Assembly: GCF_963921235.1 (NCBI RefSeq)
Contig: NC_086108.1
Coordinates: forward strand, 71,798,001 to 71,862,000
Source: Mobula hypostoma
Taxonomy: Eukaryota
Direction of reading: 5' to 3'
DNA: 64,000 bases
Below, in pieces: positions 12,862 to 24,569 of the stretch. Positions within the stretch are counted from its first letter, which is position 1; every line of letters begins with the position of its first letter. The translations under genes were made by a program, and so were the position numbers. The notes beneath the pieces were generated by a model, which worked only from the letters and a program-made list of their open reading frames with translations, was not told the origin of the DNA and ran no database searches.

Positions 12862-13171
12862 TATGTTAGTCGTCATAGCCCGTTCTTTAGTTAGAGCCTT
12901 CAGCATTTTGGGCATCGAGGGAGAGAGGAAGAGGAGAGCCATCCGCAGTACCACTGATGCGGCAGAGAGGGCCTCAAGATGGCTGTGGCTCAAAGGAGGG
13001 GAGCCATGGAGTCATAAGTAGCTAGCCATCTGGACACAAGCTGGGGTCTGATCAGCCCCGGCTGGGTCACCTGGAGGAGGTTGTATGATGTTGAAAGACC
13101 CAAAACACCCGATGATTCCAGGAACATCACCGAAGGTGTGTCCAGAAGCATCAATAGATGTATGTACACAG
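12862..13171 (+). mobile_element. 3' fragment of a Hero-type (R2-group, restriction-like endonuclease) non-LTR retrotransposon
   Basis: Encodes RSLVRAFSILGIEGERKRRAIRSTTDAAERASRWLWLK..EPW*, which I recognise as the Hero-clade C-terminus. Flanked by CACT on both sides within the host CR1. Confidence 0.7.
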
Positions 13172-15344
13172 CACTGTGGAAGACGTAGCAGTATGTCAGA
13201 AAGCTGAGAGTGCCAGGTGAAGAGGTAAACGTCATTCTCATTACTAAGGAGAAGGTGCTTGGGAAGCTGAAAGGTCTGACAGTGGCTACATATCCAGGAC
13301 CAGATGGACTACACTGCAGGGTTCTGAAAGAGCTAGCTGAAGAGATTGTGGAGGCATTAGTAATGATCTTTCAAGAATCACTAGATTCAGGAATGGTTCT
13401 GAAGGACTGGAAAATTGCTAATGTCACTCCACTCTTTTAGAAAGGAGGGGTGGCAGAAGAGCCCATGATATTACAGGAAATATACCAGCAGGGATAGAAG
13501 ATTGGCCGACTGGCAGAAGACAAAGAGTGGAAATAAAGGTGGCTTTTTCTGGTTGGCTGCCGATGACTAGCAGTGTTCTGCAGCAGTTGGTGATGAGACC
13601 AATTATTTTCGTGTTATCTGTCAATGATTTAGATGACTGAATTGATGGCTTTGTAGCCAAGTTTTCAGACAATATGAATATAGGTGGAGAAGCAGGAAGT
13701 GTTGAGGAAGAAGGGGTTATGTATAAGGACAGCCAGATTGGGAGAATGGGCAAAGAAGTGACAGATGGGATGCAGTGTGGGGAAATGTACGGCCATGCAC
13801 TTTGGTGGAAGGAATGAAGGCACAGATTATTTTGTAAATGGGGAGAAAATTCAAAAATCAGAGGTGCAAAGGGACTTGGGAGTCTTTGTGCAAGGTTCCT
13901 TAAAGGTTAACTTGCAGGTTGAGTCAGTAGTAATGAAAGCAAATGCAATGTTAGCATTCATTTCAAGACAACTAGAATATAAAAACAAGCATGTAATGCT
14001 GAGGATTTATAAGACATTGGACCGGCCAAACTTGATGTATTGCGAGCATGTTTAGGCCCCTTTTCCAAGAAATTATGTGCTGCCTTTGGAGAGAGTCCAG
14101 AGGAGATTCCCCAGAATGATTCCAGGAATGAAAGGGTTAATGTACAAGGAGCATTTGATAGTTCTGGACACGCACTTGCTAGTGTTTAGAAGAATGAGGG
14201 GATCTCATTGAAACCTATTAAATATTGAAAGGCCTAAACAGAGTGGATGTGGAAAAGATGTTTCCAATAATAGGAGAATCTAGGATCAGAGGGCACAGCT
14301 TCAGGATGAAGGGACATCCATTTAAAACAGGGATGAGGAGGAATTTCTTGAGCCAGAGGGCAGTGAATCTTTGGAATTCATTGCCGCAGATGACTGTGGA
14401 GGCCAAGTCACTGGGTTTACTTAAAGTGGAGGTTGATTAGTTCCTGATTAGTCAGGGCATCAAAGATTACAGGGAGAAGACAGGAGAATGGGGTTGAAAG
14501 AGATAATAAAATCAGCCATGATGGAATGGCAGAGCAGATATCATGGGTTGAATAGCCTAATTCTGATTCTATGTCTTATGGTCCTATCATCCAACAAGTA
14601 AATGTTGGCAACATTTTAAATGAAGTTGATATAGCACTGCTTCTGTTAAAGATGTGCTTTAAGAATACAGAGGACCCTTTTCTGAAGCAATGTTCGCAGA
14701 AAACGTGATAACCAGTTAACCCTCAAATGTAGCTTTGTAACAAGATCCTTTTGAAGATTTATTGCTAGTCATAAGGTTTTACGATGCACTTCCAGTCCAA
14801 TTATATACTGTGTATCTAGCATTTCTAATTTGGCATCAGCTTGATTCATGACTATAGCAGTTATTTTTAATGAAAGACATTTTCAGTTCTCAAGCCAACA
14901 ATAATTTAGCTGTGAATTATTGTAGAGTTTTTCAAGAATCATTAATATAAGAGACCAGTAGTAGAAAAGTCTATAGATAAAGGTCTATTATTACATTGTG
15001 AAGGATCTTTTACTGGTTGGAACTCGCCCCTCAAGCATGAGGTTTCAGGAAATTTATTTGATGCAAATATTGACAATGCCACCAGCAGCTACGGTCATGA
15101 CAAGCCCAGACGTTTTGTTTTCACCTAATTACAAGGTAAAACAATGCTCTGGATTAAAAACAATTGACTTTGTGCTGAAGTTCTGGAGCATCTGTAACAG
15201 CTGTGCTCCAGCACAGGTTAAAAACTCAGTATCAATTTCCGCCCACCCCACAAACAGCTTAAAGGTGAACTTATCTCCCTACTGCATACAAACTAGCTGC
15301 TGTATCTGCAAGACATCATAACATTTAAGTGCTTTGAGTTGCAC

Positions 15345-16230
15345 AGATTAAAACAGATGATTACTGTGGACAGTGAAGAAAGTTATCAAAAAATGACGGG
15401 GTGATTTTGATCAGCTAGGCAAGATGGCTGAGGAATAGCATTCAGGTAAGCTCAAGGTGTTGCATTTTGGGAAGTCTAAGCAGGGTAAGATCTTGGTGGT
15501 GGGAGTTGTAGATGGTGGGGGCGGGGGATGTGAAAAAGAGGAAGTAAAGAACAGATACCTGGAAATTCAAGTACATATACCCCCCACAGTAGTGCCACAG
15601 GTAGACAAGATGAAGGTTTCGATGCTGGCCTTCAGTCGGGGCACTGACTATCATGTTGAGACAGTATATTACAGTTGTACAAAATATTTTTGAGGTCACA
15701 AATAGAACAATGTGTATATTTTTGATTACCCTGTTATTGGTAATATTAAGCTGGAAAGAGTTCAAATAAGATCTGTGAGAATGTTGCCAGGACTCAAGAA
15801 TCTGAGTTTATATGAAGAGGTAGACAAAGATTTTATTTCTTGGAGTGTAGGAGACTGAGAGGTGACTTGAGGAGCATACAAGATTATAATGGACACAGTC
15901 TGTGACTTCACCCTATCTTTCTCTCTTCCCTCTCCACCACCACCACCAGCTGAGAAAGGAATCAAAAATTCCAGGGCTTATGGCTGGGGGAGAGGGGAAA
16001 CAGAAAGGGATCCAAGTGATAACTTCTTGACAAAGGGCAAGTGTGAATGGACTGAGCTGCCAGAGTAAATAGTTGAGGCGGGAACAGTCAGCTTTGCAAG
16101 ATATTTTGACAGGTATACAAATAGAAAAAGGCTTTAAGGTCTTGGACCAAATACAGGAAAATGGGATTAACTTAGGTGCCTACAAGGTTGACCTTGGTTG
16201 AAAGGCCTATTTCTCCAGTTAATATAGTCT
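15345..16230 (+). mobile_element. Old, degenerate CR1 3' fragment
   Basis: LHFGKS motif, decayed RT C-terminal sequence, and a CR1-like 3' end (tgaaaggcctatttctcc). Confidence 0.65.
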
Positions 16231-16520
16231 GAATTATTAAAGATATGACTTTTTCTGTATTTTCATCCTTTCAGCTGGACTTAAGAAAAGCAAATGTTAG
16301 TGCCCTCAAACTAGTTCTACAGTTATAAATAAAGCAAATAGTACAGAAATCACTCCTTACCCACCATATATCAACCCCAGACCTCTCATTGGCATAATTA
16401 GTATTTGGTTCCAGTCTCCTAGCTAAGATGCAACAGCTCTAAGGATCTCTCATTTAGCCCCAAATATTCCCAATATCCCAGGTTATCGTTTCAAATAAAT
16501 TAGACTTCATTAGTTCATAA

Positions 16521-16526
16521 TTTATT
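16521..16526 (-). terminator. Candidate TSPAN1 polyadenylation signal AATAAA (3'UTR about 0.8 kb)
   Basis: tttatt on the + strand at 16521-16526. It is the first AATAAA I found downstream of the stop codon, at the end of an AT-rich non-repetitive stretch. Confidence 0.55.
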
Positions 16527-17308
16527 AAAAGACAAAAAAAATTATACAAATCAACTTCATTGAAAGTCATAATCAAAATACAAAGGCCAATTATTCGATG
16601 TTATATACAAAGCAAGAGGCTTTATCATTTAAGAGGATCACTTATCCAGTGCAATAGAAGACTAGGTGACATTGTTAGCCAATGTCAGGACGATGCATTC
16701 ATTCAATTTATAGTCTTGCCCTACCTCATTTGTATTTATGCAAGAAAAGAAACAATTTACACTGCTCAGTACATTTTTCAGAAGTGCTATGTACAAAAGG
16801 TTTCCAAGACCAAGACACCAAGAATTTGTAAAGTGCAGATGTGAATAAATATATCAAAGTGTGGGTAAAATTAAGAAGATATTAGCTCTTGGTCAAGGGG
16901 TCAAAAACTTGAAGGTGTAGCCAACGGATACAACATGAAGGAAATGATTCCTCTCCCTTGCCCCAGTAAATCTAAACAAGGCAGTCACTTTTGAATCACA
17001 CTGACAAATTCCAGAAGTACTCAAAATTTAAAACATTTGCACTTATTCCTCATTTCCAGAAAATTAAATTATGGGAAAACAGAGGTACCTTTGCCTAGTG
17101 CGACAGGACAAATGCAATGGTGTCAGCAAGGATTTTCCTCGGAAAGATTTCTGCACATCCATTGTAAATGGATTCTTAGAGTTTAATACAAAATTACTGG
17201 ATGCCAATACAAAATTCTAAGTGTCTGAAGAAATTCAACTCCAGGTATAATCGAACATTGATCTGAAGTTTCATTACACTCCCTAGACAACTTGCAATAC
17301 GCTGGCTC

Positions 17309-17371
17309 TCATTCATAAGCCTTTCCATCAATCTTGCAGTACAGATACATTGACACCGCCATTGCAGCAAT
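17309..17371 (-). CDS. TSPAN1: Tetraspanin-1 final coding exon (IAAMAVSMYLYCKIDGKAYE*)
   Basis: Acceptor tgttcatttcag; TGA at 17311-17309. The SMYLYC motif is as in TSPAN1. The spliced total is 242 aa. Confidence 0.95.
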   Translation of the reverse strand: MAAMAVSMYLYCKIDGKAYE

Positions 17372-17711
17372 CTGAAATGAACAACAGCCAACAATATTAA
17401 TTAAAACAGCAAATTTAACAACCATTCTCTAAAACTAAAGTAGGCTCAAAACCAAGATGCCAATGAAGTTCACAATGATTGCTGCTAGCTTAGTTACTCA
17501 ATTCTCCATTCTGTCACACTCATCTGTTCTGATCATTGATCATGGGGGTTATAATTGGACATTTTGGTTCCCTGGTATCTCAACCCCCAGCTAGTTCAAT
17601 AACAAAATGGAAATGTTTACATCTTAAATATTATTCCACAGGACCAATTCTATCTAGGTAGCCTGCTTTGGCAAGATGAGTATTGAATTAGTTCGAACAA
17701 AATGAACTCAC

Positions 17712-17795
17712 CTCTAATACACAAATTCCTGCAGCAATCCCACCAACAATGTGTGCATTTTCTTTCAGAATGTCAAAGAGTTGTTGAAAACATCC
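17712..17795 (-). CDS. TSPAN1: Tetraspanin-1 coding exon 6 (GCFQQLFDILKENAHIVGGIAAGICVLE)
   Basis: Acceptor ttttcatcattgcag after an 83-nt intron, donor GAG|gtgagt, 84 nt. Contains the GC motif and the start of TM4. Confidence 0.96.
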
Positions 17796-17878
17796 CTGCA
17801 ATGATGAAAAGATTGTGATTTACAGCTACAGTGAAGCAATGCAGGTCAGAAAATGTCAGGAATAAAAAGCAGTCATAC

Positions 17879-18022
17879 CTGTATTCTGCTGTTCATTGCC
17901 ACCGTTTCAGTACAAACGGCTGCTGTTGTGTTGCAGCAGAACGATGGGAAGGTATCATTGTTCTTTCTGAAGTAATAGGAATCACTAAAATCTGTATAGT
18001 TGGTAAAGCCACAACACTTCAG
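17879..18022 (-). CDS. TSPAN1: Tetraspanin-1 coding exon 5 (LKCCGFTNYTDF...FPSFCCNTT...RIQ)
   Basis: Acceptor ccacatttgcag, donor CAG|gtatga, 144 nt. Contains the CCG and PxxCC motifs of EC2. Confidence 0.97.
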
Positions 18023-18645
18023 CTGCAAATGTGGAAAGAGGAGCATTAAACCAAATACTAGAGGTACATTATTCATATCAAATCTCTATACAGGTGCAGG
18101 AAATCTTAGGGGCACAAGTTTTGGAATTCAAAAGGTGGTTTGGGAGCCATTTTTGATGTTTTTCTAAACTGTTTGATTTTGGTTACCCGACAGTTGCAAG
18201 TCAATTCAAAGCCATAGCAAATGAACAAATAATTTGCATCAGGCCTTGGACATCCCTGCTTAATACCGAGTTACTTCAAATCTTTCAGTGTCATCTCTGG
18301 TGCACACTTGTTCTTCATGACACATCTCCATCTATTCAAGGATTATACAATACATCTAGGTTATAACACCATGGCGCTAATACTTACTTAATACTAAAAT
18401 TTGACCAAATTAGGAATATATAACAAGGTGCATCAGGAACTGAAGGATTCCTTGCAACTTTAGCTCCTGCCATCGTTGCAAGATAACTAATGTACATTGG
18501 AGATTTACCCAAGCACTTTCAGGCGTGCTGAAATATTTCCAAGGTAATCATTCTACAACTGTTAAGATCAATAACCATTCTATAGTATTTATTAGCAAGA
18601 CTTTCCTGTCTCAATTTGGTCATTTAACAAAAGTTAAATAATTAC

Positions 18646-18744
18646 TTCACTCATTGTAGTATTCCAGATTCCAGTCACATCTTTCTGCTTTCCATAGTCA
18701 TCCCTTAGTACTGGAGTTACCCAGGCACGGAGAAGACTCTCTGC
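18646..18744 (-). CDS. TSPAN1: Tetraspanin-1 coding exon 4 (AESLLRAWVTPVLRDDYGKQKDVTGIWNTTMSE)
   Basis: Acceptor tgtatttttgtag, donor GAA|gtaatt, 99 nt. The DYG...WNTTM pattern is typical of the TSPAN1 large extracellular loop (EC2). Confidence 0.95.
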
Positions 18745-19239
18745 CTACAAAAATACAAACAATTGTAGGATTAAATTTACTTTTCACTCAAAAGTGAATG
18801 AGACAATAATTGTATCAGGTAAGCATCCAAGTGCAGCAAGGAGCAAGACTTGGTGTGCACAATAATGAAAAACAAATCTGACAACCAGACTTCAACATTT
18901 GGGCTCAGGTTGACAATCATTTTGCTTCACAAAACCAAGCTCTAATAGGAGAGTCCACTCCTACAACTACATTCAAGAATGTTGTCATCAAGTACTTCGG
19001 GAACCTCCAGAAATTGAGCGAAGCAGAAGATGGCTTTGTGGCAAACAAATATCTCTTAAACTCTGAAAGCTTTATACCATTCACAGAGCATTTATCTGGT
19101 GACTACATCTGATACCTAGTCAGCACATGTAATGAATGATCAGTGAACTAGAACCACTTAAAGGCTATTGTTCTATTACTGCTTCCAGCTGAAAAGGGAA
19201 GTTGAGCTTGTGTATCAAATATTGCTGTTGTTCCTCACT

Positions 19240-19438
19240 GCACCTTGTGGTGCACCAGGCAGTAACCTTGTTGATTCTTTAGCATTTTTGTCTCTTTTTT
19301 TAAAAAAAACAAGACCAAATTGCTAGGTCAACACTCAACCCAGCACGGATGGAAAGCATGAAAGGAGCCGGCTGGATCTGAACCAGGACCACTTGCCTTG
19401 AAGTCCAGAGCAGATGTTACTAAACTACCAACCGACTG
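19240..19438 (-). mobile_element. tRNA-derived SINE (degenerate)
   Basis: Minus-strand head ...ctggacttcaaggcaagtggtcctggttcagatccagcc has a B-box-like GGTTCAGATCC and is homologous to the head at 34114-34190. Confidence 0.6.
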
Positions 19439-19577
19439 CATCAAATATTGCTACGCTGAAACTGGCCCTTCAGCAGTCTTGCGGGAATACGAATAACAAA
19501 GCTGCTGTCCTCTTTGTCACTACATCTCCATATGGGGTGATTGTGGGAGGAATAGAGATTAAATGTAACAAATATCT

Positions 19578-20280
19578 CAAACAACAGGAATTCTGCAGAT
19601 GCTGGAAATTCAAGCAACACACATAAAAGTTGCTGGTGAACGCAGCAGGCCAGGCAGCATCTCTAGGAAGAGGTGCAGTTGACATTTCAGGCCGAGACCC
19701 TTCGTCAGGACTAACTGAAGGAAGAGTGAGGAAGGGATTTGAAAGTTGGAGGGGGAGGGGTAGATCCAAAATGATAGGAGAAGACACGATGGGGAGGGAT
19801 GGAGCCAAGAGCTGGGCAGGTGATAGGCAAAAGGGATAAGAGAGGATCATGGGACAGGAGGTCCAGGAAGAAAGACAAGGAGGGTGGGGGGGGGCACCCA
19901 GAGGATGGGCAGGGGGTATATTCAGAGGGACAGAGGGAGAAAAAGGAGAGTGAGAGAAAGAATGTGTGTATAAAAATAAGTAACAGATGGGGTACGAGGA
20001 GGAAGTGGGACATTAGCGGAAGTTAGAGAAGTCGATGTTCATGCCATCAGGTTGGAGGCTACCCAGATGGAATACAAGGTGTTGTTCCTCCAACCTGAGT
20101 GTGGCTTCATCTTTACAGTAGAGGAGGCCGTGGATAGACATGTCAGAATGGGAATGGGATGTGGAATTAAAATGTGTGGCCACTGGGAGATCCTGCTTTC
20201 TCTGGTGACAGAGCATATGTTCAGCAAAACAGTCTCCCAGTCTGCTGTTCAGCAAAGCGGTCTCCCAGTTCTCTCCCAGT
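19578..20280 (-). mobile_element. 5'-truncated Penelope-like element: GIY-YIG endonuclease C-terminus, pyrimidine-rich 3'UTR and hammerhead-containing terminus
   Basis: ORF 20013..20309 reads RLGDCFAEH...PVATHFNSTSHS...RLEEQHLVFHLGSLQPDGMNIDF, the typical Penelope endonuclease end. The terminus carries CTGACGA...GAAA. Confidence 0.88.
19676..19713 (-). ncRNA. Minimal type I hammerhead ribozyme motif (Penelope-associated, CpG-decayed)
   Basis: Minus strand reads TAGTC CTGACGA AGGGTCTCGGCCT GAA ATGT C AACTG. The CUGANGA and GAAA core, stem II and the GUC site are present; stem I has one mismatch. Confidence 0.65.
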
Positions 20281-20410
20281 TCCATCACTTTCAATGTGAA
20301 AGCTAGCAAAACTTTGCCACGATACTAGCTGGAATAACTGAGGGCTATTAAATACAATATACTTGCGCCAGATGGCATTTTATAAATGGGAGACAAAAGC
20401 TTGTACTTAC

Positions 20411-20485
20411 GAAAGAAGAATACACCAGAGCCACGACAGCAGCAGCAATTTCAGCAATGAAGATTATAAGAACAATAGCGAAGAA
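20411..20485 (-). CDS. TSPAN1: Tetraspanin-1 coding exon 3 (FFAIVLIIFIAEIAAAVVALVYSSF, TM3)
   Basis: Acceptor ttttcatcttcctag, donor TTC|gtaagt, 75 nt. Contains the conserved TM3 glutamate (IFIAE). Confidence 0.95.
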
Positions 20486-20804
20486 CTAGGAAGATGAAAA
20501 CAAAATAATTGTTACCTGACTCTGACGAGAATGTTATTGATAAACTAGTTGCTGGAATATTTACATTTAAGTGGTGGCAGGTACTGTCAGAAGATGAAAA
20601 CCCTCATGTGCAAGTTTGCTAACTAATGTAGCAATTAGATATCACTCTTCATTAGTGGAGTGATAATGGAAGTCACAAGGCACCATGCTAATACAAAACA
20701 AAAGATCAGATTTTTATGTCAAGTAGCTCATTTAAAGCAGCGACCACATTGCTCAAATTAATGTTGTGTTGTTTAGTGAGAAGATCAGTCTGTCATATGT
20801 TGGA

Positions 20805-20860
20805 GCATGGGTTCCCAACCTTTTTTATGCCATGGAGCCTGACCATTAACTGAGGGGTCC
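20805..20860 (+). mobile_element. Truncated hAT-type MITE end
   Basis: gcatgggttcccaacctttttt-atgccatgga resembles the CAGGGGTTCCCAACC terminus of Charlie-type hATs. No right TIR is visible. Confidence 0.4.
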
Positions 20861-21344
20861 TCTAGCAGCTAGAGGGCTTGGTTGAGTGCCTGCAACTGCC
20901 AGCAATATTTAAAGAGATCTGAGAGAACACAGCCATCACAAAAGGCTTATGAGATAGCTTGCACCACAAGGCTGTACTTCTATTGCACACTGTGACTGAA
21001 AATAATGCAAAACCCCCTTTACTCAAAAAGTGAGGTCATGCCATTATGTAAATCTTTACGCAAATGGAATATTCCACCAGCGTTTGGAGCTTTTGTTGAC
21101 ATTCAATTGGATAGGATGTTGACATATAGCATGCAGTCTCTATTGTACAACTCTTCCAGGTTGCATCTAGTCCAAACCCAAGGGAATGGGTTCCGAGTTT
21201 ATGAAACCCAATTAACCTCCCAGTATCAGTCTTTCGACACACACACAAACCTTATCCAACACTAGTATCATAGATGTGGCAAACAAAATGCTGAAATAAC
21301 TTTAGGATTCCAAATATTTGGAGACAAGGCTGATGTTGAGTTAA

Positions 21345-21451
21345 CATGGGATTCTGCTGGAAATCTGGAGCAACACTCAAAATGCTGGAGGAACTCTACA
21401 GGTCTTGATGAAGGGTTTTGGCCTGAAATGTTGACTCTCCATAGATGCTGC
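21345..21451. repeat. Penelope-derived palindromic element, left part; the right part is at 23684-23715, split off by CR1
   Basis: aaaatgctggaggaactc...ggtcttgatgaagggttttggcctgaaatgttgact...atagatgctgc, resuming as atctgcgagttcctccagcatcttgtg after the CR1. Confidence 0.75.
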
Positions 21452-23683
21452 ATAGTTAATTCAGAAACAAAGGTTCTGAACTTAAAGAGGGGTAACTTTG
21501 AAGGTATGAGACGTGAATTAGCTAAGATAGACTGGCAAATGACACTTAAAGGATTGACGGTGGATATGCAATGGCAGGCATTTAAAGGTTGCATGGATGA
21601 ACTACAACAATTGTTCATCCCAGTTTGGCAAAAGAATAAATCAAGGAAGGTAGTGCACCCGTGGCTGACAAGAGAAATTAGGGATAGTATCAATTCCAAA
21701 GAAGTAGCATACAAATTAGCCAGAGAAAGTGGCTCACCTGAGGACTGGGAGAAATTCAGAGTTCAGCAGAGGAGGACAAAGGGCGAAGGGGAAAAAAATT
21801 ATGAGAGAAAACTGGCAGAGAACATAAAAACGGACTGTAAAAGCTTTTATAGATATGTAAAAAGGAAAAGACTGATAAAGACAAATGTAGGTCCCCTGCA
21901 GACAGAAACAGGTGAATTGATTATGGGGAGCAAGGACATGGCAGACCAATTGAATAATTACTTTGGTTCTGTCTTCACTAAGGAGGACATAAATAATCTT
22001 CCAGAAATGGTAAGGGACAGAGGGTCCAGTGAGATGGAAGAACTGAGTGAAATACATTTTAGTAGGGAAGTGGTGTTAGGTAAATTGAAGGGATTGAAGG
22101 CAGATAAATCCCCAGGGCCAGATGGTCTGCATCCCAGAGTGCTTAAGGAAGTAGCCCAAGAAATAGTGGATGCATTAGTGATAATTTTTCAAAACTCATT
22201 AGATTCTGGACTAGTTCCTGAGGATTGGAGGGTGGCTAATGTAACCCCACTTTTTAAAAAAGGAGGGAGAGAGAAACCGGGGAATTATAGACCGGTTAGC
22301 CTAACGTCGGTGGTGGGGAAACTGCTGGAGTCAGTTATCAAGGATGTGATAACAGCACATTTGGAAAGCAGTGAAATGATCGGACAAAGTCAGCATGGAT
22401 TTGTGAAAGGAAAATCATGTCTGACGAATCTCAGAATTTTTTGAGGGTGAGGATGTAACTAGTAGAGTGGATAGGGGAGAACCAGTGGATGTGGTATATT
22501 TGGATTTTCAAAAGCCTTTTGACAAGGTCCCACACAGGAGATTAGTGTGCAAACTTAAAGCACACGGTATTGGGGGTAAGGTATTGGTGTGGGTGGAGAA
22601 TTGGTTAGCAGACAGGAAGCAAAGAGTGGGAATAAACGGGACCTTTTCAGAATGGCAGGCGGTGACTAGTGGGGTACCGCAAGGCTCAGTGCTGGGACCC
22701 CAGTTGTTTACAATATATATTAATGACTTGGATGAGGGAATCAAATGCAGCATCTCCAAGTTTGCGGATGACACGAAGCTGGGTGGCAGTGTTAGCAGTG
22801 AGGAGGATGCTAAGAGGATGCAGGGTGACTTGGATAGGTTGGGTGAGTGGGCAAACTCATGGCAGATGCAATTTAATGTGGATAAATGTGAAGTTATCCA
22901 CTTTGGTGGCAAAAATAGGAAAACAGATTATTATCTGAATGGTGGCCGATTAGGAAAAGGGGAGGTGCAATGAGACCTGGGTGTCATTATACACCAGTCA
23001 TTGAAAGTGGGCATGCAGGTACAGCAGGCGGTGAAAAAGGCGAACGGTATGCTGGCATTTATAGCGAGAGGATTCGAGTACAGGAGCAGGGAGGTACTAC
23101 TGCAGTTGTACAAGGCCTTGGTGAGACCACACCTGGAGTATTGTGTGCAGTTTTGGTCCCCTAATCTGAGGAAAGACATCTTTGCCATAGAGGGAGTACA
23201 AAGAAGGTTCACCAGATTGATTCCTGGGATAGCAGGTCTTTCATATGAAGAAAGACTGGATGAACTGGGCTTGTACTTGTTGGAATTTAGAAGATTGAGG
23301 GGGGATCTGATTGAAACGTATAAGATCCTAAAGGGATTGGACAGGCTAGATGTGGGAAGATTGTTCCCGATGTTGGGGAGGTCCAGAACGAGGGGTCACA
23401 GTTTGAGGATAGAGGGGAAGCCTTTTAGGACCGAGATTAGGAAAAACTTCTTCACACAGAGAGTGGTGAATCTGTGGAATTCTCTGCCACAGCAAACTGT
23501 TGAGGCCAGTTCATTGGCTATGTTTAAGAGGGAGTTAGATATGGCCCTTGTGGCTACAGGGGTCAGGGGGTATGGAGGGAAGGCTGGGTTCTGAGTTGGA
23601 TGATCAGCCATGATCATAATGAATGGCGGTGCAGGCTCCATGGCCTACTCCTGCACCTATTTTCTATGTTTCTATGTTTCTAT
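21452..23683 (+). mobile_element. Young 5'-truncated CR1 LINE (about 2.2 kb) in a TSPAN1 intron, antisense to the gene
   Basis: ORFs 21428..22444, 22467..22973 and 23001..23594 give an almost continuous RT ([32 protein letters not shown]) with few lesions. Tail (TTTCTATG)3. Confidence 0.95.
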
Positions 23684-23837
23684 GATCTGCGAGTTCCTCC
23701 AGCATCTTGTGCGATGCAGAATTAAGTTGTTCAATTGTTCCTCATTTTCCACCACCCACACTTCCCCAGCTCAGCAAATGGGAAAAAAAAAATCCTTTAT
23801 TCATGGTCAGTATTTACTCCCCACAAATTATACCTAC

Positions 23838-24044
23838 CAGCATTAGCAGGCATTTACTTTCTTTCTGTGCTCCACAACATCCCAGGAATCCAAGGATAAC
23901 CAAGATAGCACCAATCACAATGCAGAAGTAGCCGATGTTGACAAACTGCATTGCTTGAGAAGATATAGGACCAATTACTTTTACAAAAGACGTTCCATCC
24001 ACACTAACCCATATTCCAACACCCAACAGGGCTCCTCCTGCAAG
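23838..24044 (-). CDS. TSPAN1: Tetraspanin-1 coding exon 2 ([17 protein letters not shown]...[18 protein letters not shown])
   Basis: Acceptor ttccttttcag, donor CTG|gtaggt, 207 nt, phase 0-0. Carries the tetraspanin motif [12 protein letters not shown]. Overlaps ORF 23814..24089. Confidence 0.97.
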
Positions 24045-24569
24045 CTGAAAAGGAAAAAGAAAACAGCAATTTCGCATAGTTTTCCCCACACTTAATTAAA
24101 TTGCATGCAATTTAACCTGACAAGTCAAATTTGCAAAGATGAAAGACACTTTATGAATTGTTACTAATTTAATAAGAGCAAAAATATAAATAGCGCCATT
24201 TTAATATAATAGGATTGACCTTGAATTCAGACAGAAACATCCTTTGTATTATTTGTCAAATATACATTAATCGTCAGTGCCTCTAATGCAGTCCCTATAG
24301 AACAAATGCATCAATTTTGATTTCGGGATCTGGGGAATTTCCTACCTGACTTGAAACAAGACAATGGGACTTAAACTTAAGCAAACAATAGAAATGCAAA
24401 TATATATTCAAATAGCTATAAACCAAACAATTTAGCAAAAACAAATGCATGCAAGGTGTTGAATGAGTCACAAGAACATTAGGGCATATGCAACGTAACA
24501 CACAATAGCTCATTGTGCTTTTAAAAAAAGTGGTGCTAAGGGAAGATATTGGTCATTAATAATCAAGAA

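Larger units (their letters stand above)
5000..14585 (+). mobile_element. Host CR1 LINE ORF2 (APE-RT) broken into pieces at about 5000-5586, 8107-8240, 12508-12861 and 13172-14585
   Basis: The reading frame rejoins across the insertions (SDVSVFQ|WSKGNYRG; QDR|YIPK; tcttcact|gtggaagac). APE motif YRPPN at 5168..5455, RT remnants at 13210-14440, tail ctatgtcttatggtc near 14580. Confidence 0.85.

Noticed and set aside
14998..15321. 107-aa ORF in unique sequence
   Set aside because: Non-ATG start, no recognisable homology, and only weak splice signals on either strand.
1..16000. POMGNT1 3' exons, expected from my recollection of mammalian synteny
   Set aside because: I found no + strand exon resembling POMGNT1 in this interval.
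21428..23594. Long RT ORFs (338, 168 and 197 aa) as a host gene or active element
   Set aside because: 5'-truncated CR1 with no endonuclease, a frameshift near 22440 and a stop at 22971; not autonomous.
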